In this document: one piece after another, positions 8,652-17,963 of the stretch
Position numbering within the stretch: the first letter of the stretch is position 1
How the letters are laid out: each line of letters starts with the position of its first letter
IMG/VR virus record: IMGVR_UViG_3300049191_000027
Span: 1 to 45,643 of that record
Reading direction: 5' to 3' (one strand)
DNA: 45,643 nt
Origin: a virus
Lineage: Duplodnaviria; Caudoviricetes
The notes under the pieces: generated by a model
Told to the model about the DNA's origin: nothing
Seen by the model: the letters and a program-made list of their open reading frames with translations, nothing else
Database searches by the model: none
Made by a program: the position numbers and the translations under genes

Positions 8652-9812
8652 TTAGCGACCCCCTCTGCGCCGCAACTCCGCTTCGATGGCGTCAACCGGA
8701 GGAAGGCCAGGCACAGGCGCCGGCGCGGCAGCTGGCCGACTCTCCGGCCCCAACACGTCCATGACGTTGAGTTGGTTCCGCTCGGCAATGCCCTGATACT
8801 CGCCGCGCTTGGCGTTGTAGGTCTTCTCGCTTTCGGCGTAGAGGGCGTCGGCCAGCGCCTGGAACTCTTGCCGCTGACGAGGCGTGAGCTTTTGACCGGT
8901 GACGACCATATTGGCGTAGTTCGTCACCCGGTCCAGCAAACCTGTGGCGGCCATTGCCATCCCAAGTTCGGACTCTCGAACCACGGAGCCCGGGTCGAGA
9001 ATCTTCATGATCTTGGTGGCGCCGGCCATGTCACCGGCAGGCGTGCCCTGCTTCAGCGATTGCTTGATCTGCGCATGAGCAGAGGCAACCTCTGCGTGCG
9101 CCTTGTAGATCGGCTCGGAGCGGAAATCTCCGCGCAGCTTCAGCGTGTTGTCGAAGCCCTTCTGCCCGGTGTTGACGCTGACCTGCGTAGCCGGCTGGTG
9201 CGTCGTCATCTTCGTGGCGAGCGCCTCTGCCGCCTTCTGATACTGCGGCGACCCCTTGCCGTAGATGATGCCCAGCGTCCGCAGTTGCTCCGGCTCCTTC
9301 TCGGGAGCGCTCGCAATCGGCTTGAACGTCGCCGGATCAACCAGCGTGTCGCCAGCGCCCAACTTGATCGGAGCCTTCTCCTTCGGCTTCAACGATTCCT
9401 TGAGTTGAAGCGCTGCTACCGGGTCGTATTGCGCCAGTGAATTGGCATAGCCTTGATAGTCGAACGACGGCTGCGCGGACTCCGCGACCCTGGCATTCGC
9501 GACGGTAGGCCCACCGCCATTTGCTAGCGCCGTCTGGGCGGGAGTCCGCGCAAACTGTGCCGGAAGTTGCTGCATGGCCTGCCGACGCTTCAACTCCTCC
9601 AGTTGCGACTGCTGCAACTGCTGCTGGAAGGTGTGCTGCTGCGCCTGCTGGAAGCCTTGAAGCCCAGCCATGCCAGCTTGACCCAGCGCAGGACCAAGAC
9701 GGCCGCGCGACTGCAACAGGCTCAGTCCCGCCTGGAGGATGCCGTTGTTGATGGCGGCGTCCTTGCCAGCATCGCCGGTGCTTGCGCCGAGGAGTTCAAG
9801 GATGCCGGCCAT
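8652..9812 (-). CDS. DNA ejection / internal virion protein
   Basis: Gln/Ala-rich, LDPGSVVRESE motif seen in podophage internal proteins; operon position. Confidence 0.7.
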   Translation of the reverse strand: MAGILELLGASTGDAGKDAAINNGILQAGLSLLQSRGRLGPALGQAGMAGLQGFQQAQQHTFQQQLQQSQLEELKRRQAMQQLPAQFARTPAQTALANGGGPTVANARVAESAQPSFDYQGYANSLAQYDPVAALQLKESLKPKEKAPIKLGAGDTLVDPATFKPIASAPEKEPEQLRTLGIIYGKGSPQYQKAAEALATKMTTHQPATQVSVNTGQKGFDNTLKLRGDFRSEPIYKAHAEVASAHAQIKQSLKQGTPAGDMAGATKIMKILDPGSVVRESELGMAMAATGLLDRVTNYANMVVTGQKLTPRQRQEFQALADALYAESEKTYNAKRGEYQGIAERNQLNVMDVLGPESRPAAAPAPVPGLPPVDAIEAELRRRGGR

Positions 9813-10396
9813 TACTTCCCGCCTCCACCACCGCCGCCACCATCACCGATGCCTTCGCCGATACCGCCAGTACCGCTCATGCCTGTCCCACCAGACATGC
9901 CCATCGACTCACCAACGCCCATACCGGCACCAAGACCTCCTGCGCCGCTCATGCCGGAGCCGCCACTCATCCCCATGGACTCGCCGATCCCCATGCCGAT
10001 GCCGTCGCCGATGCCCATGCCGCCAACGCTTCCGGCGCCGCCGAGGCCATCGCTCGCAGTCATCCCCATACCTGCCGAAGGACCGAATCCGCCCATGCTG
10101 TCGCCCGAGGCAACACCAGAGCCGCCGACATCCCCATACCGACCGATTCCAGGCTGTGCGAGCGGGCTACCGAATTGGCGCAGCGGGGCCAGCGCCTGAG
10201 GCTGGAAGATCGGCGGGGTGTACGCCGGCATCTGGTACGGAGAGAAGTTCGCCCCGAAGCGGGCCAACCCACTGTTCGGCAGGCCAGTCCTCATCGGAAC
10301 AGCAGAAGGCGCACTCATCGCCTGCTGACGGCCGACCGGCTGGATGGAGCGCCGTGGGTCTTGCACTGCGCTGGTGAGATCGCCACCGCCAGCCAT
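9812..10396 (-). CDS. Gly/Met-rich low-complexity putative ejection protein
   Basis: TAATG-coupled on both sides; GMG/GIG/GESMG repeats; ends GGGGGGGGK. Confidence 0.6.
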   Translation of the reverse strand: MAGGGDLTSAVQDPRRSIQPVGRQQAMSAPSAVPMRTGLPNSGLARFGANFSPYQMPAYTPPIFQPQALAPLRQFGSPLAQPGIGRYGDVGGSGVASGDSMGGFGPSAGMGMTASDGLGGAGSVGGMGIGDGIGMGIGESMGMSGGSGMSGAGGLGAGMGVGESMGMSGGTGMSGTGGIGEGIGDGGGGGGGGK

Positions 10397-11226
10397 TACT
10401 TGCCCCCCATCAGAGCACCGCCACCGGCACCGATGGCCGCCCCATACGGGCCGCCGAACATGGCGCCCAGTTGCGCCCCACCGAGTGCGCCACCAAGCGC
10501 TCCGGCACCCTTATTCGGTCCAGGCCCGGTCATTTGCGATCCGTAGTTCATGCCGAGCGTTGAGCCCAGCGTCGCCAGTTGCTGCTTCGGGTAGTCGCGG
10601 GCCTCAGTGAATCGCGCGTAGGCGTCGCCAAGGTTGCGTTGCTCCTGCCCCTGGTAGGCGCCACCGGCCTGGAGCAATGCGTTGGCGTCAACGTAGTCCT
10701 GATTGGCAATCGTCGGCGCCATCCCGACAGCGCCCTGCATGCGATTGCGCTCGGCCGCGTAGTCGGCGCCACGCAGGTTCGTTGAGATGTCGCCCAGCGT
10801 CTGGCCGAGTTGGTATCTGCTCTGACCAAGTACTGCCTGCACCCCGGAGTTGCCGAAGCTGCCAGAGCGCGCGTCCAGGGCGTCGATGCTCGGAAGGATC
10901 GCGTCTTGGTAGTTGCGGATCACATCGCCCTGCGCCTGATTGACGAGGGAATCCATGTAGGGGTTGTTGTTGAGATAACCCCCGCTCAGTGTCTTGGTCA
11001 ACTCACCCGATGCTGCGTTGTTGACCGGCGAACCGTAGATGGCGCGCTGTGCCGTGGCATCCAGCGCTTGCGTCTGGTACGGGTTGAACTGCGCGACCGT
11101 CTGGCCGGTGTACGGCTGGTACGGCATGTCCGCGACCTGCTGGCCGCGCTGAAGGAACTGCTGAAAGTAGGGGACGGCCCAATCGGGAGGCCCACTGGTC
11201 TGCTTTTCGCTGCCGCCGCCTGCCAT
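10396..11226 (-). CDS. DNA ejection / pilot protein
   Basis: MAGGGSEKQTSGPPDWAVPY start, NPY motif, Gly-rich hydrophobic C-terminus. Confidence 0.7.
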   Translation of the reverse strand: MAGGGSEKQTSGPPDWAVPYFQQFLQRGQQVADMPYQPYTGQTVAQFNPYQTQALDATAQRAIYGSPVNNAASGELTKTLSGGYLNNNPYMDSLVNQAQGDVIRNYQDAILPSIDALDARSGSFGNSGVQAVLGQSRYQLGQTLGDISTNLRGADYAAERNRMQGAVGMAPTIANQDYVDANALLQAGGAYQGQEQRNLGDAYARFTEARDYPKQQLATLGSTLGMNYGSQMTGPGPNKGAGALGGALGGAQLGAMFGGPYGAAIGAGGGALMGGK

Positions 11227-11228
11227 GT

Positions 11229-11642
11229 TTAGTTCACTTCCATTTCGTACACGCTGTACAGCTTTTGGGCTCCGAATCTGCGCTGCCAGAGGCGACCGAT
11301 CGAATCTATCGACGAGCCTCGAATGGTTTCGCAGCCGTTTTGCTTTGCGTACTGCCGCAGTAGCTCGAAACTCTCTGCGCCGGCAAAGCCAGGGCCAACC
11401 ATGGCATACACGTACAAAACACGGATGTTCGGCAGGGTCTGGATTTGGACCGCCGCCCACGCCCTCGGTATGTCGCTGTCGTCAGCTATACCGATTAGCG
11501 TTCTCTCGCCCCTGAGCAGGAGCAATTTCAACTGATCTGCGGTTATCTCGCGCGATGCGCGAGCCGTCGCTTGCGATAGTTTATCAGCACCATCCCTCCA
11601 TGCGATACATATATGTGAGGGAGGCACCGTAAACAGTTTCAT
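11229..11642 (-). CDS. virion assembly protein (possible GNAT-like fold)
   Basis: 137 aa, YAKQNGCETIRG; position between tail and ejection genes. Confidence 0.5.
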   Translation of the reverse strand: MKLFTVPPSHICIAWRDGADKLSQATARASREITADQLKLLLLRGERTLIGIADDSDIPRAWAAVQIQTLPNIRVLYVYAMVGPGFAGAESFELLRQYAKQNGCETIRGSSIDSIGRLWQRRFGAQKLYSVYEMEVN

Positions 11643-11995
11643 TCTGGCGAGACTTTAACCTTAAGCGTGCCGCTCGCCAAATCTATCGCCCCGCCAGATT
11701 CATTCTGGAACCTGACGGATACCGTACCTGCCGCAGATACCCACCCGAAAACCAGTATCCCCTGGGTATCTAGCGAGAATGTCGCCTGCACATAATCGCC
11801 CAACTGGGAGCCGGGCGCCGATACCGTGGTGGTCGTGCCGGCCCCATCCGCGAGGTTTCCGGGGTCGTAGGTGGCAGTGAACTCGGCCCCCGACATCCGG
11901 TTGACCTTCTGGGCCACGCGCTTGGCGTAGGCGTAGAGGGTCTGGATCAGCGTCTGATCGCTGAACTGCTGGTTCTCGTCGAGCTTGGTCGCCAT
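11639..11995 (-). CDS. putative virion structural protein
   Basis: 118 aa, beta-rich C-terminal domain, translationally coupled within the tail operon. Confidence 0.6.
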   Translation of the reverse strand: MATKLDENQQFSDQTLIQTLYAYAKRVAQKVNRMSGAEFTATYDPGNLADGAGTTTTVSAPGSQLGDYVQATFSLDTQGILVFGWVSAAGTVSVRFQNESGGAIDLASGTLKVKVSPE

Positions 11996-13440
11996 CAGCG
12001 CCGCCCAGTCGGCAGGGCGTCCATGACGAAGCCGTTGAACTCGGTGTTCCCGGTGTGGCTGAAAGCGAAGCGGTGGAAGCGCCCGGTCTGGCGGATGTCG
12101 TACTTGCTATCGCTCAACGTGCCGGTGTCCGCTACCGTGAGCGTCTTCCCCGGCCCCTGCTTGGTGTAGCCCTGCACAGACCCGGTAGTGGGCTCGGTGA
12201 TGTATCGGAGCTTCACGCTACGGACGAACGTATCCCGGTAGTCCTCGCCGTAGTCGCCAAGCGTCACCGTGCTGTCAGCACCCACCCCGGATAGCGTTTT
12301 GATGTCGTGAGTACTGTCGAAGACCGCCAGCGCCCGGCCTCCGGCTTGCCACGACTGAGAGTCCCAAGGGATATCCGGCAGTGCGTCCCATGTGCTGGAA
12401 AGCGTGTTGAGCGTGTCCCAGGTCAGGCCCGGCGTGACGTACTGGAAAGCCGCTTCGATGGTGCGGTTCGCCCTTCCCCAGCGGCCATTGCGGCGATGCC
12501 AGACAACAGCCGAGTCTGGCTGGCCCGTAGTGCTGGCTGCAGACGGGTAGAAGAACCACACCCTGCCGTTCTGCTTGTCGTGGGTGACGATGGTCCGATA
12601 GCGGTACGTCGCGCTCGAGTCGTTAAAGAACCACTGTCGGAGCGCCGATGCGATAGGCATAGGCCGAGTACCGTCGTACAGCCAGATATCGTCATCGCCA
12701 ACGAACACGATTCGCCCACCGATGTCGCACACCGCCTCAGGGCCAATGCAGCCGACATCGCCAGGAACCTGGTCCCACTGCCAGACCGGCGGCGGCCCGA
12801 CATAGGAGCCGACGAACATGTCGGAACGCTTGAATGCAATAACCTGCTGGCCGAACCGGATGGCTGCGGTGATGGCACCGCCAGAACCGATCAGGCGGCC
12901 AGAGGTGGCCTGCACCGAAGCGTTGATCGTCCAGCTCGACGCATCCTGGTAGGCGCTGCACCACCAACGGTCTGGAGAGTCGCCAAAGCCAGCGTCGTTG
13001 GTATCGAATGCCAGCACGAAGTCTTTGGCCGCGACGATCATCCGTGCCTTGGGCGAGCCTGCGATGGTCGCGAAGGTGCCGGAGGTGGACGACTGGAGAG
13101 CGACGACATCATTCGATGCCAGCGCCACGTCGCCGAACTGGGCAAAGCTCCAGCGGTTCTCGCCCGAGCCGGTATAGGTGCCAGTGGAAACGTCAGCCCA
13201 AGACGTGCCGGATAGCTCGTACAGCTTCGATTGCGTGCCAGCAATGGTGCGCCTCGTGCCGGCGGTGTTCTGGAGCACTGCAGCCCCTCGGCAGTCGGCC
13301 ACGAGCACGTCAGATCCAGGATCGACAGGAGACGGCGCTGACGCCATACCCTTGTCTGACGGCACAAGCTGGGTGCAGTCGGTGATGACCCCCGGCGTCG
13401 TCGGATCCAGGTCGGGCGAGAAGCCGAGAAGCTCGATCAT
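11995..13440 (-). CDS. tail hub/nozzle protein (P22 gp10 / tail tubular B-like)
   Basis: 481 aa propeller-like sequence, WSFAQFG, VGCIGP; follows the adaptor gene. Confidence 0.75.
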   Translation of the reverse strand: MIELLGFSPDLDPTTPGVITDCTQLVPSDKGMASAPSPVDPGSDVLVADCRGAAVLQNTAGTRRTIAGTQSKLYELSGTSWADVSTGTYTGSGENRWSFAQFGDVALASNDVVALQSSTSGTFATIAGSPKARMIVAAKDFVLAFDTNDAGFGDSPDRWWCSAYQDASSWTINASVQATSGRLIGSGGAITAAIRFGQQVIAFKRSDMFVGSYVGPPPVWQWDQVPGDVGCIGPEAVCDIGGRIVFVGDDDIWLYDGTRPMPIASALRQWFFNDSSATYRYRTIVTHDKQNGRVWFFYPSAASTTGQPDSAVVWHRRNGRWGRANRTIEAAFQYVTPGLTWDTLNTLSSTWDALPDIPWDSQSWQAGGRALAVFDSTHDIKTLSGVGADSTVTLGDYGEDYRDTFVRSVKLRYITEPTTGSVQGYTKQGPGKTLTVADTGTLSDSKYDIRQTGRFHRFAFSHTGNTEFNGFVMDALPTGRR

Positions 13441-13459
13441 GATGTATAGTCATCCTCGG

Positions 13460-13555
13460 ACTGGCGGCGCTTCGGCGCAGTGGGCGGGGTAACCGGTAGC
13501 CAAACCGGGCGCGACCCTCCTGCTGGGGCTTCTAGAGCACGGCAACCCCGCCAGT
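13460..13555 (-). ncRNA. candidate structured cis-regulatory RNA
   Basis: Intergenic; stems 13483-13490/13545-13552, 13460-13467/13548-13555, 13493-13497/13504-13508 and GCGC-TTCG-GCGC at 13467-13478. Confidence 0.35.
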
Positions 13556-13567
13556 TCTTCATGCGAC

Positions 13568-14164
13568 TCACGCCGGCCTCACCTGAAGCGCCGCTCCTGC
13601 GTACTTGCGCTCGGCGTTGTTGGCGATCACAAGCGCCATCTGCTGGTCAAACAGCGCCTCGTAGTTGCGTGCAGCCTCGAAGTCCTTCAGGTACACCGCA
13701 GCGTGTTTCAGTGCACCGTACAGGTAGGCCGATGGGAACTCGGCCAGGATCGAATTCGAGGTGTTGGAGTCGGAGAGCGGCGTGAACTTGGCGTTGTAGG
13801 TGGCGATCACCGAGCCGTCGCCGTCGTCAGCGAACCGCAGTTGTGCGCCGACGATGGTGTAGTAGTTCACGAATGACGGACTGCTGGCGTTGACCATCTC
13901 CAGCTTGTCGGGGGTCACGTAGGACAACCTGCGAGCGGTGTCGCCGTTCCAGATCACGGAGCGAGCCGAAAGCCAGCCTGTGGGCAGCGTCGCAACGCCA
14001 GCCGTCACCGTGACCGTCGAGCGCGTCTCGAACTCGATTTCCTTCACCCTGATTTGCATCTCCGCCTCGGCCTGGTCGATGAACGTGTCAACGACAGACG
14101 TGAGGTCACTGCGGTTCACAAAGTCCGCAATCTCGGTCTTCAGGGCACTGTAGGTTGTCGCCAT
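13568..14164 (-). CDS. head-tail adaptor (tail tubular protein A-like)
   Basis: TYSALKTEIADFVNRSDLT..FIDQAEA; LSDSNTSN..L...P..YLYGAL. Confidence 0.8.
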   Translation of the reverse strand: MATTYSALKTEIADFVNRSDLTSVVDTFIDQAEAEMQIRVKEIEFETRSTVTVTAGVATLPTGWLSARSVIWNGDTARRLSYVTPDKLEMVNASSPSFVNYYTIVGAQLRFADDGDGSVIATYNAKFTPLSDSNTSNSILAEFPSAYLYGALKHAAVYLKDFEAARNYEALFDQQMALVIANNAERKYAGAALQVRPA

Positions 14165-14682
14165 GGCTTCCTGCTCTCAAACCTCATGTCGCGCACTGGC
14201 TGGTGCGTCTGTGGCTCCGCTTCGGTGATATCGACTTGCCCGGCGTAGGTCAGGAGGTCACGCAGTTCTGATGCCGAATAGCACCAGCGGTGGCACATGG
14301 CCTCGTTCTTGTACCGAGGGTCACCGAACAGGCCCCACATCGTCAGGTGGATCGGCGCTGGCTTCTGGCGTTCTGCGTACCAGATGAATGCGTCCAGGAT
14401 CTTGTCCAGGCACGGCATTTCCAGCACCAGGAGCCCGCCGGGCTTCAGAACCCGGATCCACTCTTTAAGCACGTCCTCGCTTTTCCAGCGGTAGATATGC
14501 TCAAACAGGTGGTAGGCGTGAACCTCGTCCGCGTAGTCGTCGGGGAAAGGTAGCGGGCCGGTCACATCCGCAACCACGTCGGGTTGGATGCTCGTCCAGT
14601 TATTCGCCAAGTCGATATTGACGAACCCAGGCCAGATCTTGGCCCCGCAGCCCAAGTTTAGCCGAATAGGGCTGCTTTCCAT
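14140..14682 (-). CDS. class I SAM-dependent methyltransferase
   Basis: LNLGCG motif I, HLFEHI, RVLKPGG.L...P. Confidence 0.85.
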   Translation of the reverse strand: MESSPIRLNLGCGAKIWPGFVNIDLANNWTSIQPDVVADVTGPLPFPDDYADEVHAYHLFEHIYRWKSEDVLKEWIRVLKPGGLLVLEMPCLDKILDAFIWYAERQKPAPIHLTMWGLFGDPRYKNEAMCHRWCYSASELRDLLTYAGQVDITEAEPQTHQPVRDMRFESRKPWRQPTVP

Positions 14683-15440
14683 AGCGCTCCAATCCTGCGC
14701 GGCGAATACTCACCACGGATATATGCCTGGGCACGCTTAATGCGCGAGATAACCTCGTCTTGGTGGGATAGCGCCCATTTCGCGCCATCGCCAATATCGC
14801 CAACATAAACCCCGAGGTCACCGTATGATGGGAGGTATCCGCACACAGGGAACAGGCCCCTGCGGAGGGATTCGATCGCCCTGTTGGCTGACTTTGCCAT
14901 GGATTTACCGGTAGGGATCACGACCAGGCCGGCCCTATCAAAAGCGCGATCCATCTCCTGCGGGCTCCATGGTGTGGTGCCTTCGAAGTTGGAGACCACC
15001 TCTAGGTTCTTGAGCTTGCCCACCCATGGGGCCAAGTCGCGCAGGTTGGTCCGGTGGCCGAACCACAGCAGCTTGTCGTGAACGCGGGGCGGCTTCTCTG
15101 GCTGTTCGTAGGGGTCCGGGATCGCGATGGCATCCTTGCCCGTGCGCTCGTGGATGATGCGCTGCATCTCCGCGCTGTTGCACGTCACCAGATCGGCCTT
15201 CAGGCAGCACAGGTGATAGTGCTCGCCCCACTGTGGGTGGTCGAAATTGTCGTCACAGACATCGAAGCACTTCTTGCTGTAGCCGGCCGTCTGCTCGTCC
15301 CAGTTCCAGTTGTGCTTGCCCATCACGACCCACTCAGGGCCTGGGCCGATGCCGAGCTTCGCTAGCTCAACGGTTGGGATGAGAGCCCTGTAGCGGCTGG
15401 AGGCGAGGTGCTCTCCGCAGTGCTTGAACGTGACGTTCAC
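14658..15440 (-). CDS. glycosyltransferase (GT-B-like)
   Basis: ASSRYRALIP, FDVCDD, WFGH, KSANRAIESLRRGL; GTGA overlap with the upstream GT. Confidence 0.65.
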   Translation of the reverse strand: MNVTFKHCGEHLASSRYRALIPTVELAKLGIGPGPEWVVMGKHNWNWDEQTAGYSKKCFDVCDDNFDHPQWGEHYHLCCLKADLVTCNSAEMQRIIHERTGKDAIAIPDPYEQPEKPPRVHDKLLWFGHRTNLRDLAPWVGKLKNLEVVSNFEGTTPWSPQEMDRAFDRAGLVVIPTGKSMAKSANRAIESLRRGLFPVCGYLPSYGDLGVYVGDIGDGAKWALSHQDEVISRIKRAQAYIRGEYSPRRIGALWKAALFG

Positions 15441-16117
15441 GCTTCGATGTGATTGACGGCCTGCTTGGTGAGATGCCATTCCGCCGAGTGGTCGCAGTCC
15501 TTGTAGTGCTCCATGCCCGGCACGCCCAGCGTGTAATGCACAAGCTTGGCATCCGGGTTGTGCTCGTACTCGCTAGCCAGCCAGTTCCACTCACGCGGCA
15601 GATCGCCGATCTGCTCATCGTGCAGGTGCTCGAAGCGGTGCAGGACGCGGCCGGAGTGCTCCTCAACGTACTTCGGCGTCAGGATCCGGTTCGCCGGATG
15701 GCCGCAGTTCCACAGCATCACGCTTGACCAGTTCTTGCGCGGGTAGACCGCGTTGTGCGTCTCGAGCGACGTGCCGATGTACTTCCTCTGTGCCTTTGAG
15801 GAGTAGTTGTGCTTCGCCACCATGACCGCATACCGCTGGTCACGCATGGCCCACAGTTCCGAGATGTCGGCCCGGCAGAGCATGTCGCCATCGGCAAAGA
15901 TGGCCCAGCCGCGATAGTCCTGGAGGAACGGGACGAGGAAGCGGCTGTAGATGAACTGGTTGGAGCCGTCGGTGTGAGTCTCGGTGTACTCAGGCAGCAG
16001 CTTCAGCGCAAGCGGGTAGAACGCTACTGGGCTGGTAGCGGTCTGAATCACCGATTGGCAGAAGACGTGATACGCCGCCGCTTCGCGCTGGTCGAATCCG
16101 CAGTAGAGCGGGATCAT
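15437..16117 (-). CDS. glycosyltransferase (GT-A, GT8-like)
   Basis: GFDQRE, FIYSRFLVP, DxD (DGD), PRKNWSSVMLWN, EWNWL, HYTLG. Confidence 0.8.
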   Translation of the reverse strand: MIPLYCGFDQREAAAYHVFCQSVIQTATSPVAFYPLALKLLPEYTETHTDGSNQFIYSRFLVPFLQDYRGWAIFADGDMLCRADISELWAMRDQRYAVMVAKHNYSSKAQRKYIGTSLETHNAVYPRKNWSSVMLWNCGHPANRILTPKYVEEHSGRVLHRFEHLHDEQIGDLPREWNWLASEYEHNPDAKLVHYTLGVPGMEHYKDCDHSAEWHLTKQAVNHIEA

Positions 16118-17447
16118 TTGCTAGTCGCTCCATAGTCTGAGTCCACGTCTCGCCCGGCTTCTGCGGGAACAACGTGGTCGTTTGATACCAAGGGAACTTG
16201 CGCAGCTCTGGCTGGTAGTTCCAGTTGCTCTTTTCGTTGGTGAACACGATGGACGGCACGCCCAACGCACCAGCGAGATGGTGTGCGCTCGTATGCACAC
16301 CGATGTAGAGATCCAGTTCGGCCACTAGCGCTGCGGTGTCGTCGTAGTCCTCCGACTCGCTGGCGCGCTTGTAGTGCTTGACCGGAAGCCCCGCCTCCTC
16401 GATCTCGCGCAGCGTGTCGCCCTTGTACTGAAGGCTTATCCAGTCCGCGTCGATGGCCTGAATCAGCGGGCGGAATGCATCGATGCCGGCCGAACGCGCC
16501 TCGGGGTTGTTGTGCTTGCTGCCGCCACTCCACGCAATGCCAATCTTTGGCTTCGGCCCCCACGAGTCGAACAGCGCACGCCACTGGATGCGCCGCTCAG
16601 GGTCGGCCACTAGGTAAGGAGTACCAGGACAGGAGTCAGGCGTCGGCCTGTAGAACTCAGGCAATTGCCCGCACGGAATGTTGGCGTCGATCTTGTGGCT
16701 GTTCGGCCACTCGATTTCTTTCGCCAGCCGCGTACCGTAGACCGCGATCTGCGGGAACGAGCGTCGGAACAGGCCCTCCAACCTGCGATCGCACTCGAGC
16801 ACAACCGTGTTTTCACGAGCGGCATCCGGCACGCAGGAGGCGTACATGATTTCGTCACCAAGCCCCTGCTCGCCGTAGATCACGAGGTTGGTGCCGGGCT
16901 TGCCGTCCCACATCCCTTCGTTGAGGAACTGGAGGCGCTTGCGGAACTTGCCGCCGATCTGGGCTCTGCAGTCCTTCCAGCCGTCTTTCCACTGACCGAG
17001 AGCGATGCGCGACAGCCCGCGAGTATTGAGCGCAGTCACGCATGTCGGGTCCATCCGCAGCGCAGTCTCTGACCACTCGATGGCGCGCTTGTAGTCGCGC
17101 TCTTCCATGTGTGTACACCCGACATTCGCGGCGTACAGAGGCCGTTTCTCGCGATCCCATGCCTTGAGGTAGCACTGGCGGGCCTTGTGGTGCTGCTTCA
17201 TGCCGCCGAAGCACATGCCTAGGTTGTTCCACGGCTCCGAGCGCTTGGGCACCAGCTCGGTGATGCGGCGGAAGAACAGCGAAGAGACGCCGTACTTCTC
17301 TCCCCGCAGGAAGACCGACGCCATGAGGAACATGGCGTGGTGGTCGTCGCAGTCCTTGTCAAGAAGCGCCGTGCAGCGCCTGGCAGCCTCGTCGGGCTCC
17401 TCATCAAGCATCGACTCGATGTGCTTGTAGTACCCGAGTTCCTCCAT
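15990..17447 (-). CDS. TPR-repeat protein fused to a GT9-like glycosyltransferase
   Basis: N-terminal TPRs (EPWNNLG..); EQGLGDEIM, IGIAWSG, LDLYIGVHTSAHHLAGALG. Confidence 0.8.
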   Translation of the reverse strand: MEELGYYKHIESMLDEEPDEAARRCTALLDKDCDDHHAMFLMASVFLRGEKYGVSSLFFRRITELVPKRSEPWNNLGMCFGGMKQHHKARQCYLKAWDREKRPLYAANVGCTHMEERDYKRAIEWSETALRMDPTCVTALNTRGLSRIALGQWKDGWKDCRAQIGGKFRKRLQFLNEGMWDGKPGTNLVIYGEQGLGDEIMYASCVPDAARENTVVLECDRRLEGLFRRSFPQIAVYGTRLAKEIEWPNSHKIDANIPCGQLPEFYRPTPDSCPGTPYLVADPERRIQWRALFDSWGPKPKIGIAWSGGSKHNNPEARSAGIDAFRPLIQAIDADWISLQYKGDTLREIEEAGLPVKHYKRASESEDYDDTAALVAELDLYIGVHTSAHHLAGALGVPSIVFTNEKSNWNYQPELRKFPWYQTTTLFPQKPGETWTQTMERLANDPALLRIRPARSGGVSRLLPIGDSDRYQPSSVLPACAEAAA

Positions 17448-17779
17448 CAGATGCGCCCCGATGCCGTGACGATCAGCTTGCCGTACTTGTCCCAGTTCTT
17501 GCGAAGGAACTTGACCACCTCGCGCGCCGGGAAGCGCATCACATCGAAGCCATCCTCGGTGAGCATCTTGGCTACGACCGAGTTCGGGATGTGCCCGACG
17601 TGCTGGAAGTTCTGCTTGATGCCGCGCTTGGCGTAGTCCGGGTCGTTACGCAGCGCCTGCGTGTAGTCAAGATGCGGAGCAACGTCCTGCTCCGTCTTGA
17701 CGATCATCTTGCCATCCTCGGCCCCATAGGTGGTCTTCACACCCGTCAGCGGGTCGTACTCAACGCCGAGGATCTTCAT
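17447..17779 (-). CDS. conserved phage protein downstream of the capsid gene
   Basis: 110 aa, QDVAPHLD...HVGHIP; coupled to the TPR-GT gene. Confidence 0.7.
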   Translation of the reverse strand: MKILGVEYDPLTGVKTTYGAEDGKMIVKTEQDVAPHLDYTQALRNDPDYAKRGIKQNFQHVGHIPNSVVAKMLTEDGFDVMRFPAREVVKFLRKNWDKYGKLIVTASGRI

Positions 17780-17961
17780 GGCTTGCTCAAGTGCTTGATG
17801 GGGCAGCCGACGTATTTGCCGGCCTCGAACTCAACCCACACACCGCCGCTGCCGGCTCCGGCCAGCACCCTCCCAACCCTGTCGTGATAGCCAACCCACT
17901 CACCATGGAACTTCGGTGGCCGATTGCGCAACTGTTCAGGGACGGAGAGTCGTACTTGCAT
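17776..17961 (-). CDS. hypothetical protein (61 aa)
   Basis: MQVRLSVPEQ..., ATGA overlap with the downstream gene. Confidence 0.5.
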   Translation of the reverse strand: MQVRLSVPEQLRNRPPKFHGEWVGYHDRVGRVLAGAGSGGVWVEFEAGKYVGCPIKHLSKP

Positions 17962-17963
17962 GG

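Noticed and set aside
14140-17447. O-antigen seroconversion (gtrABC-type) cassette
   Set aside because: No flippase or membrane GT, and the genes are embedded in the late structural operon
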